A DNA stretch of 64,000 nucleotides from Mustelus asterias. Its lineage: Eukaryota. The notes under the pieces are model-generated. The model did no database searches. It saw only the letters and a program-made list of their open reading frames with translations, and was not told the origin of the DNA. Made by a program: the position numbers and the translations under genes. The stretch covers positions 434,001 through 498,000 of the forward strand of contig NW_027590177.1 in NCBI RefSeq assembly GCF_964213995.1, read 5' to 3'. This document shows, piece by piece, positions 48,137 to 60,617 of the stretch (the first letter of the stretch is position 1; the number at the start of each line of letters is the position of its first letter).

Positions 48137-49450
48137 CTAACATTTCTCCCAGATGGTCTGTCCAATGAGGTGCAACTTCATTGCATCATTGCTGATGTAT
48201 TTACCTTGCTCTGACAAGGGGATTAGATCTTTAATCTCAGCATTCTCTGAGTGCGGAACCTGGAGGGTCTTCACTTCATTCACAAACCACACACCATTGA
48301 CACATTGGTAAAGCAGAATGCTCAGCTTGTGAGAATGTGTCTTGCCAGCTAGTTCACAATTGCTCACTGAGACAAGGAGAGTGGAAAAGTCATCCTCCTG
48401 CTGAATCTCACCATATCGCATGCGATTGTGAAAATTGTTCCTTGGCCGCTGGATCCTTTGACGATTTGGGCAAAAGGTAACACGCCATTGAGTCTTCAGT
48501 TTGAAATGGCTGGTCGAGAACGATGTCCCAATAGATGTTTGATTCATCATCTGATATCCTGTGATGTCCCAGAGGTGGCTGAAACTTCCTGATGTATACA
48601 GCCTCATGGTAAATGGGATGGTGGTGATATCATGGTGTTGGCTGATGGAGTCCATGGGCAAAAGGTGCACTTGGTAAACCAGCAAGCTCTCCCGGAGCAG
48701 GTAGGTAGAGATTGCCTCAGGTAGGCTTCCTCTGGCTTGGAGGTCAAACAGTTTCTCTGGGGGCATCATAGGATAGCGAATGTGGTGCAGCATTTCTTCA
48801 ATATAGGCAGGATGCAGTGAAAGCCATCTCACCAGGGCTTGGAAAAGGATCACTTCATTCTCCAGCACCAGGTCAGACCTTTGGAGGAGAGCAGAGAGTT
48901 CATGGCACTCCATCGATGACCAGTCTGGCGACTTTATGACGCTACCAATGTTCCAGGCTATCAACCGGAGGCATTTTTCTTCCAGTTGGGTCAGACCAGT
49001 CAGCTTGGCATATTTCTGCCATGTGATGGCGCGGTTGGAGGAGTCTGGGGCAGCCACATTGGCCAACATGAATTGCTGGCAGCTTTCTCTCAGCTCCTGG
49101 ACATTGTACTTCTCTGACAGACGGTGAAGGGGCTGCACATTCTCGGTGCTGAGGGTGACACTCCCACTGTACAGATACCTCAGGAAGTCCTGGAAGTGAT
49201 CCAGGCACTCCTCTTCCTCAGTGAGGTGGACAGTCCGGCCTTTAGCATCCGACCAACGCTCAGTGTCCAACAGGGTCCTGAAGACGTCACTTCGCACGAC
49301 CAGGATGAACCTGTGGGCGTTCAGTGTGAGCTTTTTGTTCACAACCAGTTTGATGTCACTGAAATCCTCCTTGTTGAACAGGGCAGAGAAGGTATTAACG
49401 AAACTAGTCTGGTGATTGAGGTTCTCCGATGGCCCAGTGACATCCATCAT
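48137..49450 (-). CDS. BTB/POZ-BACK domain protein, BTBD17-like (437 aa, single coding exon)
   Basis: FSDIKLVV..AHRFILVVRSDVF..FLRYLYSG..L (BTB); LSALLQRSDLVLENEVILFQALVRW..HIRYPMM (BACK); C-terminal MATH-like end YISNDAMKLHLIG; acceptor TTTCACTGACAG directly precedes the ATG. Confidence 0.88.
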   Translation of the reverse strand: MMDVTGPSENLNHQTSFVNTFSALFNKEDFSDIKLVVNKKLTLNAHRFILVVRSDVFRTLLDTERWSDAKGRTVHLTEEEECLDHFQDFLRYLYSGSVTLSTENVQPLHRLSEKYNVQELRESCQQFMLANVAAPDSSNRAITWQKYAKLTGLTQLEEKCLRLIAWNIGSVIKSPDWSSMECHELSALLQRSDLVLENEVILFQALVRWLSLHPAYIEEMLHHIRYPMMPPEKLFDLQARGSLPEAISTYLLRESLLVYQVHLLPMDSISQHHDITTIPFTMRLYTSGSFSHLWDITGYQMMNQTSIGTSFSTSHFKLKTQWRVTFCPNRQRIQRPRNNFHNRMRYGEIQQEDDFSTLLVSVSNCELAGKTHSHKLSILLYQCVNGVWFVNEVKTLQVPHSENAEIKDLIPLSEQGKYISNDAMKLHLIGQTIWEKC

Positions 49451-49801
49451 CTGTCAGTGAAATGCAAACAGTCAATAACTGATTAGGAGGAAGGAGACAG
49501 TGAGCAGGGATAATGGATACCAATGGAGAGCAGAATGTGACTGATGGAGCCCCCTCAGGCTAGCCCTCTGCCAGGGATCTGTACTGGGGCCTCAACTGAG
49601 GAATTTCACAGTAACTTCATTGCAGTGTTAATGTAAGCCTTACTTGTGACTAATAAATAAACTTTACTTTAACTTTTCACTACATTTATAAACAAGTCGG
49701 GTGAAAGACTAAAGAGACATATCTAAGTTTGCTGATGACATTGTTACGTGGTAAAATAAGTAATATATCCCTCTCTTCCACTCTCTCTGTTTCTCTCACT
49801 C

Positions 49802-49962
49802 CTTACCTGTATTGCAGAAAAACTTTAAAGAAAAGTGCTGAGTTCTCACCAACGATTTGAATGTGCGAATGAACAGCACTCTATATTAGAGCCAGTGGGA
49901 ATCTTTAGCTCCTCACTTTCACTTTCAGTTCCCGGTTCTGACGAGGTATTCAGTGGGCGGGA
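49802..49962 (-). promoter_or_regulatory. Putative promoter/first exon of the BTB gene with ISRE
   Basis: Minus strand: GC box ~49955, GGAACTGAAAGTGAAAGT (49932-49915), weak TATA-like TAATATA ~49885, donor CAG|GTAAGG at 49807/49806. Confidence 0.55.
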
Positions 49963-50417
49963 ACAATAAAACCCACCCTCCCACACAGGAACCACCCACA
50001 TAAAACCCTTAAAAATAGAGTTAGACAAAAAAAATCTCCCGAGGGATATCACGTGTGTGCAACATCAGACAAAATAAATGTTTACCGAGCCAAAGAAAGA
50101 GGTGTTCAGAGCAGTGATCAGAATATCCATCCGTGAAGTGGGTTTGACAGCCAGCTCTCCCTCACTACACTTCTCCTGACTCTCCCCACTGACTCTGAAT
50201 TCTCACACTGAGCGTCTGACAGTTCCTGAATAACAGAAATCTCAAATCAAACACTGGGAAGCGGGAAGCTTTTACATTCTGTGTCAGACACAAACTCTGT
50301 CCCCTAGCCAATGACTCCGTCGTTCTCCTGGCCAGTGTCGGGCTGAACCAGAGAACTCACAACCTTTTCTCCCATTTGACCCACAGATCAGCTTGCAATC
50401 CCCAAATATCAGCCTCC

Positions 50418-50747
50418 TCATAGAATCCCTACAGTGCAGAAGAGGCCACTGAGTCTGCACTGACTCTGACAGAACGTCTTACGCAGGCCCTCTCCCCCAC
50501 CCAATCCCCGTAACCCCACACCTTCCCCATGGCTAATCCACCTAAGCTACACATCTTGGGACACTAAGGGGCAATTTAGCATAGCAAATCCACCTAACCT
50601 GCACATCTTTGGACTGTGGGAGGAAACCAGAGCATCTGGAGGAAACACATGCAGACACATGTGGGAGGACATGCAAACTCCACACAGACAATGACCCAAG
50701 GCCAGAATTAAACCCCGGTCCCTGGAGCTGTGAGGCACTGTGCCACC
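50418..50747 (-). mobile_element. HE1-type SINE
   Basis: Reverse complement of the family consensus. Confidence 0.82.
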
Positions 50748-51905
50748 CGGGAAGGAACACATGAAATTGGGAGGATTGCAGGGATAGAGTGGGGCGGGGG
50801 GGGGGGGGGGGGCGGAGAGGGGGGGAGCAGCGTCTACAGAGGTTTACAGGGATTATTCAGGGAATTGAACAGATTGAGAATTTTAAAATGGAGGCATTAC
50901 TGGTCAAGTTAGATCAGTGAACAAAGGCGTGATGGGTGAACAAGACTTGTGCAAATTAGGATACGGGCACCAGAATTCTGGATGAGATGCTGATGATGAA
51001 GGGAGATGGATGGGAGGTGGGCCATATATGTGATGGAATATACACCAGTCTAGAGATAATAGATACACAATGAGGCCATCAACAACAGAGCTGAGGCAGA
51101 GATGGAGATGGATGACATTATGGACATGGAAGGAGATAATTTTAAAGGGGACATGGGAGTTTGGGAATACTATTTTGGAACAAAAAGGTGGAGGTTTGCG
51201 ATCAGTCCGGTTTAGCCTCAGTGATCATCCCAATCAGAATCACCAATGGGACAGTTAATGGATTGGTCTTGAATGAAGTTAAAGGCTGTGCAAACTCTTC
51301 ACTGTCTCAGGATGGCTGTGATGCCTACACAGGGCCATTCTGCAAAGATGGTGACACTGCTGACAAGCATAACTAGCACCCACAACAGTTTATTCTGCCT
51401 GTATCAAAGATGGTGATGTCACAGCGAGGTCCTGTCTTTATCAAAGATGGTGAAATAGGGCATTTTGGCATTCTGATTGCCACACAGATGGAGAGTAACA
51501 TGGTGCTGATGAGCTTGTCCCTAAATTTTAATGTTTCTCTCGGGATTTGGTCTCCAATTTGTAGCAAACGGCATAAGAAGTAGTCTGAGTAATTAACATC
51601 ACTTCCTGATAATAGTCATCGTGAGGGTCCTTGGATTAAAATCCTAAACTGAGGGAATTTCTGTACTGGGGGAGGGGTAACATTTGGGGACTCTCGATTC
51701 TCGATGGGCTTGGGTAAGATGCTCTGTTGGGGAGTCAGTGCAGACTTGATGGGTTGAATGGCCTCCTTCTGTACTGTAGGATTCTATTGTCATTCTATGA
51801 ATACTTGTGATATTCCCTGTCTGCCCAGTTATTCCATTAAATCAGCCTTTAATTGTTTGTGAATTACTCTCTCATGCTTCCACATCTCAGTGGTAAATGT
51901 TGATG

Positions 51906-51999
51906 TGTTTGCTCCGCACCCACAGGGCTCCATCTGTTTGCTCCGCACCCACAGGGCTCCATCTGTTTGCCCCCACACCCACAGGGCTCCATCTGTTTG
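51906..51999. repeat. Tandem repeat, ~3 copies of 29 bp (GTTTGCTCCGCACCCACAGGGCTCCATCT)
   Basis: Direct periodicity. Confidence 0.88.
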
Positions 52000-52164
52000 A
52001 AGCCACAAACAGAAAGGTCCAGTTTTCTTTTTTTTAATACTTTTCCAATTCAATCAAATCAAATCCAATTCAGAGTCTCAACAAGTTGAGACATTTCAGA
52101 TCCAGGCTGACAAGGTCCAGTTTTCTCCTGGAGTTTGACACAAAGCAGCTTCACAATGATGCAG

Positions 52165-52620
52165 AGTTTCAGCCAATGAGAGAGATCCGGGCTCAGCCCC
52201 GCCTCTCATTCACTCTGGTTGGTTGGAGGACCAGCTTCTCCCTCTCGGTCCTCCAGCCCCGCCCCCTCTTCCTATTGGTTCGGAGCTGCCGTCAATCAGT
52301 CCCCCGGGCATTGTGATGTGGAGCATGCGCAGTGCCGATAGTGGAGGTAGAAATTGGAGTGATTCATAGTAAGAGATCGCCGGGTAAACGGGGAACGATC
52401 GAGCCGGTGTGTGGGTTGGAAGGCTTTGAAAACATCTGATAGAGGCTCCAAACCCCGAATAAAAAGCTCCCGGTTCCGCGTTTGCAACAAACGGGCCGCG
52501 TTCGCGGTTCTGGGTTAACGGCCGCTGCCGTTAACGCCAGCAGGGCGTTGCTGGCAATGTGAAGGAGGGCGCATGCGCAGAGTGTGAGCCTGGGATTCCA
52601 GGTCAGCCCCGCCCCCTCAC
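52165..52620. promoter_or_regulatory. CpG-island promoter homologous to 36990-37140 (upstream of pseudogene G)
   Basis: CCAAT/ATTGG, GC boxes, TTGGAGGACC-N14-GGTCCTCCAG, GCATGCGC and GCGCATGCGC sites. Confidence 0.68.
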
Positions 52621-52689
52621 AGGGACATGTTTATCGACAATTGCAGGAATTTGTTATTTATTCTTTCACAGGGCGTGCCCCTCAGTGGC

Positions 52690-53460
52690 ATTCATTGTAT
52701 GTAGAGGAATATTCACGGTCTAAAATTGTTGAACTCAATGTTGAGTCCAGAAGGCTGCAATGTACCTCATCGGAAGATGTGGTGTTGTTCCTCCAGTTTG
52801 TGTTGGGCATCACTGGAGCATCGCAACAGGCCAAGGACAGAGATATGGGCATGAGACCCAGGTGCTGAGTAGAAATGGCAAATGAATGGAAGATTAGGGT
52901 CATGCTTGTAGATTAAGCAAAGGTGTTCTGCAAAGCTGTCACCCAGCCTCTCCCCAATGCAGAGGAAACAGCATTAACCGTAAGATACAGGAGCAGAATT
53001 AGGCCATTCAGCCCATCAACTCTGCTCTGCCATTTGATCATGCCTGATGATTCTCAACTTTATTCCTCCGCCTTTTCCCTGTAACCTGTGCAGTGAATGC
53101 AGTAGACTAAATTGAAAGAGGTGCAAGTGAAAGGCTGCTTCACCTGAAAGGAGTGTTCAGAGCCTTGGACAGGGGAGAGGTAATGGAGCACACATTGCAT
53201 CTTCTGTGAATGCATAGGAAGGTAATGCATCATGATTGAATGGTGGAGAAGACTCAATGGGCCAATGACCTAATTCTGCTCCTATATCTCATGGTCCTAT
53301 GGAAGGGATTGTGGGTACAGTGTGATGGAGGAGTTGTCCAGGGTGTCACAGAGGTAGCAGTCCCTGCAGAATGCTGACTGGGGTGGTGGTGCAGATGTGG
53401 CTCATGGTGTCAGCATGCTAGAGTTGGCAGAAATGGCAGATGATGTTCCTTTGGATTCCG
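52690..53460 (-). mobile_element. Decayed Penelope-like element (GIY-YIG region) with CR1 tail insertions
   Basis: SFQVKQPFTCTSFNLVYCIHC motif in ORF 53060-53257. Confidence 0.6.
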
Positions 53461-54127
53461 TGGCTGGTATGGTGAAAAGGAAAGACATATTGAGTGACAG
53501 ATCAGGCTTGATGGAGTGAATGGCCTGCTTCTGCTCCTATTTTTTATGATCTCTCAGTCCAAGACAGGATGCAGTGAGCATAGATCTGTCCATCAGCAGA
53601 ATTGCAAGGATGTAGAAGGGTGTACAGCAGAGAGGAAGACTGTATGGTCTGGAGATTTGCAGATTTTGAGGATTGAGGGAGAAAAGAATATTCCTCAGAA
53701 ATTAGAATTGTCTGTTTTGAATTTCTATCCTATTCTCATCGTGGCGAATTTTATAAACATCTTTCCCAGGATATTAGAATGGGAGGATTTGTAGACAGAA
53801 GTATCAAAGCACACATCATATCAAGAAATGACTGTCACTCACTTCATCAGGACATGAGTATCACTGGTTTTTGAATCTAGAATGAGGAATATTTTTCTGT
53901 TCTATCTGTGGGAAAAGATTTCAAACATCAGTGTGACTGGAAAAGCACTGAGAGACACACACACCCGGGTGAGAGTGTTCCAGTGCACTGACTGTGGAAA
54001 GAGCTTTAACACAGCCTGAAAAAAACATCACACCATTCACAGCAAGAAGAAACCGTACACCGGTTCTGTGTGTGGACAAGGCTTCAACTGATCATCTAAC
54101 CTGGAAAGACACGAGGACACAAACACT

Positions 54128-54970
54128 ATGGAGAAACCATGGAAATATGGGGAGTGTCAGAAGGGATTCTGCCCTCCCTGTGAGCTGGAAACTCATCAAC
54201 GCAGTCACAGTCGAGAAAGGCCATTCACCTGCTCCACCTGTGGGAAAAGATTCATTGATTCATCACCCTGCATAGACATTAGCGAGTTCACACCAGGGAG
54301 AGGCTGTTCTCTTGCTCTGACTGGGAAGGGATTCACTCATCCCTCCTGCTGATATACCAATGCATCCACACTGGGGAGAGGCCATTCAGCTGCTCTGACT
54401 ATGGGAAGAATTCACTCAGTCATCAAGTCTGGTGAGACATCGACGCATTCACACCAGGGAAGGGATTCAGGCAGTCTGCTGGGACAACAAGGCACCCACA
54501 CCAACGAAAAACATTTTAAATGCTCTGTCCGTGGGAGTGCTTTATGCAATCTGTGCAGATGGACACTGAGGAGAGACCGTTCAGCTGCTCTCACTGCACA
54601 AAGAACTTTAGATTGTCATACGATCTACTGAGACATCAAAGAGTTCACACTGGGAAGAAGCCATTCTAACTGTGGGAAAAGATTCAGTGATTCATCCAAT
54701 CTGCAGTGACACCGAGTTAACACTGGGCAGAAGCCATTCTCCTGCTCTGAGTGTGGGAAAGGATTTACTCAGTCACCCCACCTACAAACACACCAGCGAG
54801 TTCAGAATGGAGAGAGACCATTCATCTGCTCCATGTGTGGGAAGGGATTCGGTGCTTTATCCATTCTACTGAGACACCAGCGTGTTCACAATGGAGAGAT
54901 TCATTCACCTGCGGTGTGTGTGAGAAGGGATTCATTTGTTCATCCAACTGCTGTGACACCAAGGCAGTTA
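54128..54970 (+). pseudogene. C2H2 zinc-finger pseudogene G
   Basis: [10 protein letters not shown] start, then many frameshifts, stops and lost Cys/His; family acceptor at 53769/53770; followed by a CR1 W 3' end (~55000-55262). Confidence 0.88.
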
Positions 54971-55264
54971 CAACTTTGACTGTGACTGTCAATGTATCAA
55001 ATGAGAGGGGAGAGATACAAAAGGGTGCAGAGGGGCAATTTATTCACTCCAAGGGCGGTGAGTGTCTGGAGCAGGCTCCAGAGGCAGTAGTAGAGGAGGG
55101 TACAATTTTGTCTTTTGAAAAGCGTTTAGAAAGTTAGATGAGTAAGATGGGTATAGAGGGATATGGGCCAAATGCGAGCAATTGGGACTAGCTTAGTGAT
55201 TTTTAAAAATGGGCAGCATGGACAAGCTGGGCTGAAGGGCCTGTTTCCATGCTGTAAACCTAAA

Positions 55265-55905
55265 CTGAGTCTGTCTCTCTCCCTAGGAACTGTCTGAGGC
55301 TGAACCACACTCTTCACAAGTTCGGTATCAGATTTGACCTCAAAGATGAGTTTCCAACCACATATCCACACCATGTCTAATACCAGATATTTCAATCTCC
55401 ATAATGTCACCTGTGCCCACTCCAACCCAGCTCAAGTCCTGATCAAACGCTCATCCATGTTCGTGACACTTTAGATTTGATGATTCCAATACATTCCTGA
55501 CCAACCTCTCACCTTCACCTCACCCCCACACGGGAACATGTGATTATCCAGAACTCTGCTGCTCATGTGTTGTTCACCCATCACATCCTTGCTCACTAAA
55601 CTATATCGGGCCTAGGTCAGATAATGCATTGCTTTTAACATTTGCATCCTTGTTTTCAAATCCATCCACAGCCTTGTCCCCCCCAGTCTCTGATCTTCAA
55701 TAACACACTCTCTGAAATATCTGTGCTCTTCTCTTTCTGGCCTCTTGAACATCTCTGATTTTAATAACTCCATCATTCATGGCTGTGTCCTGGTATGAAG
55801 TTCTGAAATTCCCTCCCTAAGCCTCTCCATCCCTCCATCCTCTCCATCCTGATTAAAGATTCCCATTAAAATCTCCCATTCAAATCAAGCTTTTGACCAT
55901 CTGTT
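55265..55905 (+). mobile_element. Decayed L2 3' region
   Basis: Similar to 35270-35975. Confidence 0.55.
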
Positions 55906-55911
55906 CTCAAA

Positions 55912-58368
55912 TCATGGAGGATTTTAATCTGCGTATCAATTGGTCAAACCAGTTCGGTCAAGGCAGCCTTGAGGAAGAGTTCATAGAATGTATCAAGCCT
56001 CTTTGAACAGTATGTAATGGAACCTACGAGGGAGCAAGCTATCCTAGATCTGGTCCTGTGGCATGAGACAGGAAAAATTAATGATCTGACAGTTAGGAAT
56101 CCTCTTGGAAGGAGCGATCACAGTATGGTTGAATTTAAAATACAGACGGAGCGTGAGAAGGTAAAATCCAATATCAGTGTCTTGTGCTTAAACAAAGGAG
56201 ACTACAATGGAATGAGGTAGGTGTTGGCTAAGGTAGACTGGGAGCAAAAACTTTATGGTGGGACAATTGAGGAACAGTGGAGGACTTTCAAAGCAATCTT
56301 TCACAGTGCTCAGCAAAAGTATATACCAGTGATAAAGAAGGACTGTAGAAAAAGAGATAATCAGCCATTGATATCTAAGGAAATAAAGGAGGGTATCAAA
56401 TTGAAAGAAAAGGCAGACAAAGTGGCAAAGATTAGTGGGAAACTGGAGGATTGGAAAATCTTTAAAGGTCAATAGAAAGCCACGAAAAAAGCTACAAAGA
56501 AAAGTAAGATAGATTGAGAGTAAACTGGTTGAGAATATAAAAACAGATAGCAAACGTTTCTCCAAATATATAAAATGAAAAAGAATGGCTAAAGTAAACA
56601 TTGGTCCTTTAGAGGATGAGAAGGGGGATGTAATAACTGGAAATGAGAAAATGGCTGAGGCATTGAACAGGTATTCTGTGTCGGTCTTCACAGTGGAAGA
56701 CACAAATAACACGCCAAAAATTGATGACAGGAAGGCTATGGCAGGTGAGAACCTAGAAACTATCATTATCACGAAAGAGGTAGTGTTGGGCAAGTTAATG
56801 GTGCGAAAGGTAGACAAGTCTTCTGGTCCTGATGGAATGCATCCCAGGGTACTAAAAGAGATGGCGGGAGAAATAGCAAATGCACTAGCGGTAATTTACC
56901 AAAATTCACTGGACTCTGGGGTGGTTCCCGCAGATTGAAAATGTGACACCACTGTTTAAAAAAGGAGGTAGACAAAAGGCAGGTAACTATAGGCCGGTTA
57001 GCTTAACTTCTGTAGTAGGGAAAATGCTTGAATCTATCATCAAGGAAGAAATAGCGAGACATCTGGATATAAATTGTCCCATTGGTAAGACGCAGCATGG
57101 GTTCATGAAGGGCAGGCCATGTTTGACTAATTTGGTGGAATTCTTTGAGAAAATTACATGTGCAGTGGACAATGAGGAACCTGTGGATGTGGTGTATCTG
57201 GATTTCCAGAAGGCATTTGACAAGGTGCCGCACCAAAGACTGCTGCATAAGATAAAGGTGCACAGTGTTACAGGTAATGTATGAACATGGATAGAGGATT
57301 GGTTAACTAACAGAAAGCAAAGAGTGGGGGTAAATGAGCGTTTTTCTGGTTGGCGATCAGTGACGAGTGGTGTGCCTCAGGGATCAGTGTGGACCGCAAT
57401 TGTTTACGATTTACATAGATGGTTTGGAGTTCGGGACCAAATATAGTATGTCAAAATTCGCAGATGACACGAAGATGGGTGGCAGAGCAAAGTGTGCAGA
57501 GGACGCTGAAAGTCTGCAATGGGATATAGATAGTCTAAGTGAGTGGGCGAGGGTCTGGCAGATGGAGTACAATGTTGGTAAATGTGAGGTCATCCATTTT
57601 GGTAGGAATAACAGCAAAATGGACTCTTATTTAAATGGTAAAAAAATTGCAGCATGCTGCTGTGCAGAGGGACCTGGGTGTCCTTGTGCAGGAATCTCAA
57701 GGAGTTGGTTTGCAGGTGCAGCAGGTAATTAAGAAGACAAATGGAATTTTGACCTTCATTGCGAGAGGGATGGAGTTTTAAAACAGTGAGATTAAGTTGC
57801 AGCAGTATAAGGTGCTGGTGAGGCCACACCTGGAGTACTATGTACAGTTTTGGTCTCCTTACTTGAGAAAGGATATTCTGGCACTGGAGGGGATGCAGAG
57901 GAGACTCACGAGGTTGATTCCAGAGTTGAGAGGGTTGGCTTATGAGGAGAGACTGAGTAGACTGGGGCTATACTCGTTGGAATTCAGAAGAATGAGGGGA
58001 GATCTTAGAGAAACATATAAGATTATGAAGGGAATAGCTAAGATAGAGGCAGGGAAGTTGTTTCTAGCGGCGGGTGAAACTAGAACTAGGGGGGCATAGC
58101 CTCAAAATAAGGGGAAGCAGATTTAGGACTGAGTTGAGGAGGAACTTCTTCACACAAAGGGTTGTGAATCTGTGGAATTCCCTGCCCAGTGAAGCAGTTG
58201 GGGCTACCTCATTGAATGTTTTTAAGGCAAGGATAGATAAATTTTTGAACAGTAAAGGAATTAAGGGCTATGGTGAGCGGGTGTGTAAGTGGAGCTGAGT
58301 CCACAAAAAGATCAACCATGAGGGCTCGAGGGGCCAGATGGCCTACTCCTGCTCCTAGTTCTAATGTT
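55912..58368 (+). mobile_element. CR1 LINE, long decayed copy (end of endonuclease through RT and tail)
   Basis: PTREQAILDLV..LGRSDH (APE end), NYRPVSLTS, FADD in broken ORFs 56017-58298. Confidence 0.92.
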
Positions 58369-58369
58369 C

Positions 58370-58460
58370 TTCCCACAATCCCCACATTTCCATGGCAGCT
58401 CTCTGTGACTGCAATTATGTTCCAAAAGGCCAGATGATTGGTTGAAGCTTTCACCACACC
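58370..58460 (-). pseudogene. Isolated ZNF fragment (CGESFNQSSGLLEHNCSHRELPWKCGDCGK)
   Basis: Translation within ORF 58312-58647; cut by the CR1 3' end. Confidence 0.65.
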
Positions 58461-60118
58461 TGACTAAACCTCTGACTAACCTGACTAAAACTGAGGATAA
58501 AGTATTGGTGTCTGTAAGGGCTAAAACAATACCCTTGGCTTCCTTGTAGATCTGTGGCACCAAGTTCAAGACTCCTTCATGAAGCATCCTCTTGGCCTCT
58601 AGCCTGTCAACTGCCCATGAGAATCTTATATGCTTCAGAATGTTCACTGCTCATTCTTCCAAACCTAATGAGTATAGGTGCAACCCTTCCCCAAAAGACA
58701 ACGAGTTGGATTCTGCGGCCTCACTTGCCCCAAAACTGGAGAATCCCCCCCGAGGTCAAATAACCTTTGTGTGGTCCACCCCCCGGCCTGCTACGATTCC
58801 TGTGGTGGGTGGGATGGGAGAATTCTCCCCTACACCTTCACAACCTTTCCTCAAAAGACAACACCTTCATCTTAGGAATGGACCTGGTGAACTTTCTCTG
58901 AACTCATTCCAATGAAAACATTCCATAAGTAGGGAGACCAAAACCGTACACAGTATTCCAGCTGCTATCTCAGCAATGTCCTGTGCAGGTGTAGCAAGTT
59001 CCCTTTTTCAAACTCCACCCCCTTGCAGTAAAGTCCAACACTCCATTTGCCGCCTTCTTTACTTGCTGTACCTTCATCCTATTTTTTCACGATTCATATA
59101 CAAGGACACCCAGATTCCTCTCTACGGCAGTATTCTTCAGTTTCTGTATATTTAAACAATTTTTTGCTTCTCTATTCTTCCTGCCAAAGTGGAAAAGCTC
59201 CCACTTTCCCGCACTATACTCCATCTGCCATTTTTCTGTCCATTCAGGTAACTTATCTGTGTCCCTTACAGATTTTTTGTAATAACCTCACAACTTGCTT
59301 TTCTACCTATCTTTGTATCATCAATTCTGGCTTCATCCAAGTCATTGATCAAGGTGGCTGTTTTTCTCTCTCTCAGTTGTGGGTGATATTTGTCTCTATT
59401 CTCCTGGAAACTGAATGAATCTTGTTCCAAACTGGGTTCAATATCAGACATTTCAGGGAGTCAGGAATCATTCGCCCCTAAACCTACACTGGTAAAACCC
59501 CAGGCAGTTCCTCAGTAAGGATTTTTCTGATTCCTCACCATATATTAGTCAGGATACTGAAACCCAGCTTTTTTACAGTCCACTCCTGGAGGCCCCACTC
59601 CCTGAGCCGACAACATTCAGCAGTGTCAGTGCTGAAGTTTCACAGTGGGAGTGATTCCCAGAGTAACTGTCAATCAGATCACCATTGATGTCCAGGTTTG
59701 TGTAGTTTTAGTTATCCGGATGTCTAACACACACACATCAATAAAACAGGGAATTCCTGCAAACAAACTGCAGCTTCTTCTCTATCTGGAGATCCAATGT
59801 TTGTTGAATAATTGTACCAGCGGTTAACAGGCTCCTGTGAACTCATCCAACTCGTATTTTAATACTGACTTTAACAAATATATTTTAAATAGGTTTATTT
59901 TAAATGAGTTAAAACCAGCCTTAAAATGGTAGATATAGAATAATAACCAGAGTAATTTTCAGACTGGAAACTTTAACCTGCTGTTTCACTTTCATTGAGG
60001 AGCAGATCCCAGTTTTACACCAATCTCTGATTCATGTATCCAGCATTCACCGTCATTCTAAAAACAGAAGTTGCTGCAAAATCTCGATGTGATTAACAGC
60101 AAAATTCAGTCCTTGCAG

Positions 60119-60524
60119 TCACTCGTGAACATGATGGTGTTTCAGCAGGTGAGGTGACTGAGTGAATCCCTTCCCACACACGGAGCAGGTGAATGGCCTG
60201 TCCCCAGTGTGAATTCGCTGGTGCTTTACCAGGTTGGATGATTGACTGAATCCCTTGCCACAATCAGAGCAGGTGAATGGTCTCTCCCCAGTGTGAACTC
60301 GCTGGTGTCTCAGCAGTTTGGATGAATCAATAAATCCCTTCCCACAACTGGAGCAAGTGAATGGCCTCTCTCCAGTGTGACTTGGCTGGTGTTTTAGCAG
60401 GTTGAATGACTGAGTAAATCCCATCCCACACTCGGAGCAGATAAATGGCCTCTCCCTATTATGAATTCTCTGGTGTTTCAGCAGGTCGGATGATATCAGT
60501 GAATCCCTTCCCACAATCAGAGCA
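60119..60524 (-). pseudogene. 5'-truncated ZNF remnant (~5 fingers) joined to the 3' UTR of gene H
   Basis: Begins abruptly at TGCTCTGATTGT (CSDC) after H 3' UTR; 1-nt insertion in first finger; ORF-track start is TTG, not ATG. Confidence 0.75.
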
Positions 60525-60617
60525 TCCTCCCCATTGACCAACTGTGAGAATGAACAAAATGCAGTCCTGGATGTAATTGAGAGCAGAAATAATAACAGCA
60601 GAATCCAACCCCTGGAA

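Noticed and set aside
33781-49450. BTB exon splicing to ZNF gene E to make a ZBTB-type protein
   Set aside because: The BTB ORF is complete with BACK and its own stop, the ZNF exon leader has stops, and a promoter plus the opposite-strand gene F lie between.
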